Below are positions 58,741 to 60,309 of a DNA stretch of 60,309 nucleotides, piece by piece. The notes under the pieces were generated by a model that saw only the letters and a program-made list of their open reading frames with translations, did no database searches and was not told where the DNA came from. The DNA comes from Aplysia californica (lineage: Eukaryota). The position numbers and the translations under genes are program-made. Within the stretch, counting starts at the first letter, position 1. Each line of letters begins with the position of its first letter. The stretch covers positions 2,047,934 to 2,108,242 of the forward strand of contig NW_004797307.1 in assembly GCF_000002075.1 (NCBI RefSeq), in the 5' to 3' direction.

Positions 58741-60309
58741 GTAAGCATATGTTTTGTGCTTTGTTTTTTTACTTGTTCATTGTCACCATTTTAATTTCAA
58801 GGGTTCTTCCTGTTTTGTAGGTTTATAATGTGTAGCCTAGATCTAGTATGTTTACTTTTTGTCACGAATATGTTATATATAGATCTAGATTCTAGTTATG
58901 ATAGAATGAAATACCACATTTAATGTGACGGTGAAAGTTTAAGAGCAAGCATGTTAAACTCGGGATTCTCTCTGCGCCTCGTCATGTCACATATATATAG
59001 ACATAGTCTATTCTATAAATTGTAATTGATACTTGTGTGACTATGATGAGGGTCACACTACAACTAGTCTACTATTTTTAAAGCTATTTTACCCGTCTCA
59101 ACTATTTGATGTTGTATGATAAAGGTATTTTGCAGATATTTGTTACTTTCAGAAACTTATAATGTGCTGCTTACAAATGTTTTAGTGTTAGAACAAATTA
59201 AAATACAAAGACAAGTGGTGATGCAATTTGTAAAAATAATAAATGTTTAAAAGACAGCATACACACAGTTTGCAGCAGTGTCAAGCGCTTTTTGTATGGA
59301 AACTGCAAGTCTTGTCTGAAGCTTTAACACTAAATATTCAGGAAGGTACATGTATAATAAAACCAGGTATCCCCGGCTCAAGATGTTTTGCTGTGAGTGT
59401 GGAATTCTAAAAGTACTAGTAGTACAGTTTGCAGGCTCTCTTGTGTCAAGGCAACATGAAAGATAAAAGGTGCTTGAGAATAATAATAATGCAAATGGAA
59501 CATTTAAAGGAAGAGAAATTTAAAAAATCATTTCCGAGATTCCTTTGACAAGTCGGGGTGACTTATTGTTTAGTATAAAAAGGTTAAGGAGATCAACAGA
59601 CAGTAGAGTATTGGAAGTGTTTTTCAGTTATTTTCACATGAGAAAATTATCCAAATAATTATGTGACAACTGTGACTTCAGTATGTGTAGTTTTGTAATG
59701 ATGGGCTTGAACTTGCTGTCATCGTCATCATACTACTCAATGGTAAGTTTTGTTTTTTGCCTTGTGATTTCCTACTCATAGAGCTGTGGTTTGTACCGGC
59801 AAATATAAGGCTAGCGGAGTGATATGCTTACAATGATCTGTCTTACCGTAATGACTTAATGGCACACTAATAAAATTTGTTCTCTTAGAGTCTTTGTCAA
59901 ACACCGTCCATAGTACTGTACTGTAGTAATGTACACCACACCAAGCAGATCGCTTTTCATGTTTCATTCCATTTGTTTGTTTTAATTTTAGTTGGAGGAA
60001 TTCTGTAATGAGCGACCACTATGAAATAGAGGTTTGGGGTAGGATGAGGTCTAAATCTAGATCTAGGTCCCTTCTTAATTTCATCTTTCCATTTAATTTC
60101 CATCATAATTGTTTTTTCATCACAACGGCTTCTTTGAACTGATTGAATGAACACACTAAGGATGGGTTGGCAGAAGACTTAGTAGCAAGCGAATATGACT
60201 GCTATGAGCAGTCTTTGACTTGAGGCTGATTTGTCACTTAAATGACATCGACTGACTGACCATGCTGGGCAAGAAAGACCTCTGTGGACAGTTTGAAAAT
60301 ACCCCCCCC

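Noticed and set aside
58741-58744. KANSL1 stop codon given in the ORF track
   Set aside because: The TAA is part of the GTAAGC donor, and the known C-terminal PEHE domain is not yet encoded.

Overview
Gappy eukaryotic genomic DNA (15 N-gaps). The repeat families and an Ig-like domain suggest a gastropod mollusc such as Aplysia (inference). The main gene is a ~35 kb minus-strand SWI/SNF core subunit gene of the SMARCC1/2 (BAF155/170, moira) family. Its ATG is at 48881, its stop at 15484-15486 and its likely polyA signal at 13493. I mapped 22 exon segments by splice sites and reading phase; at least two more exons must lie in gaps, and one intron has a GC donor. Divergent from it is the first large coding exon of KANSL1 (57311-58740, +). 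The left end holds an orphan SMARCB1/SNF5 exon 1 (1440-1577, +), a fibrinogen-related-domain exon (3228-3999, +) and two exons of a gastropod-type Ig-like gene (8823-7221, -). The rest is tRNA-derived SINEs, decayed LINEs, a decayed Tc1/mariner, MITEs and satellites. The most unusual signal is a set of short retroelements that share one 3' tail. Inside SMARCC they all lie in sense orientation and often sit beside splice sites; one has a target-site duplication that copies a 5' splice site. Family assignments come from recalled motifs, not database searches.
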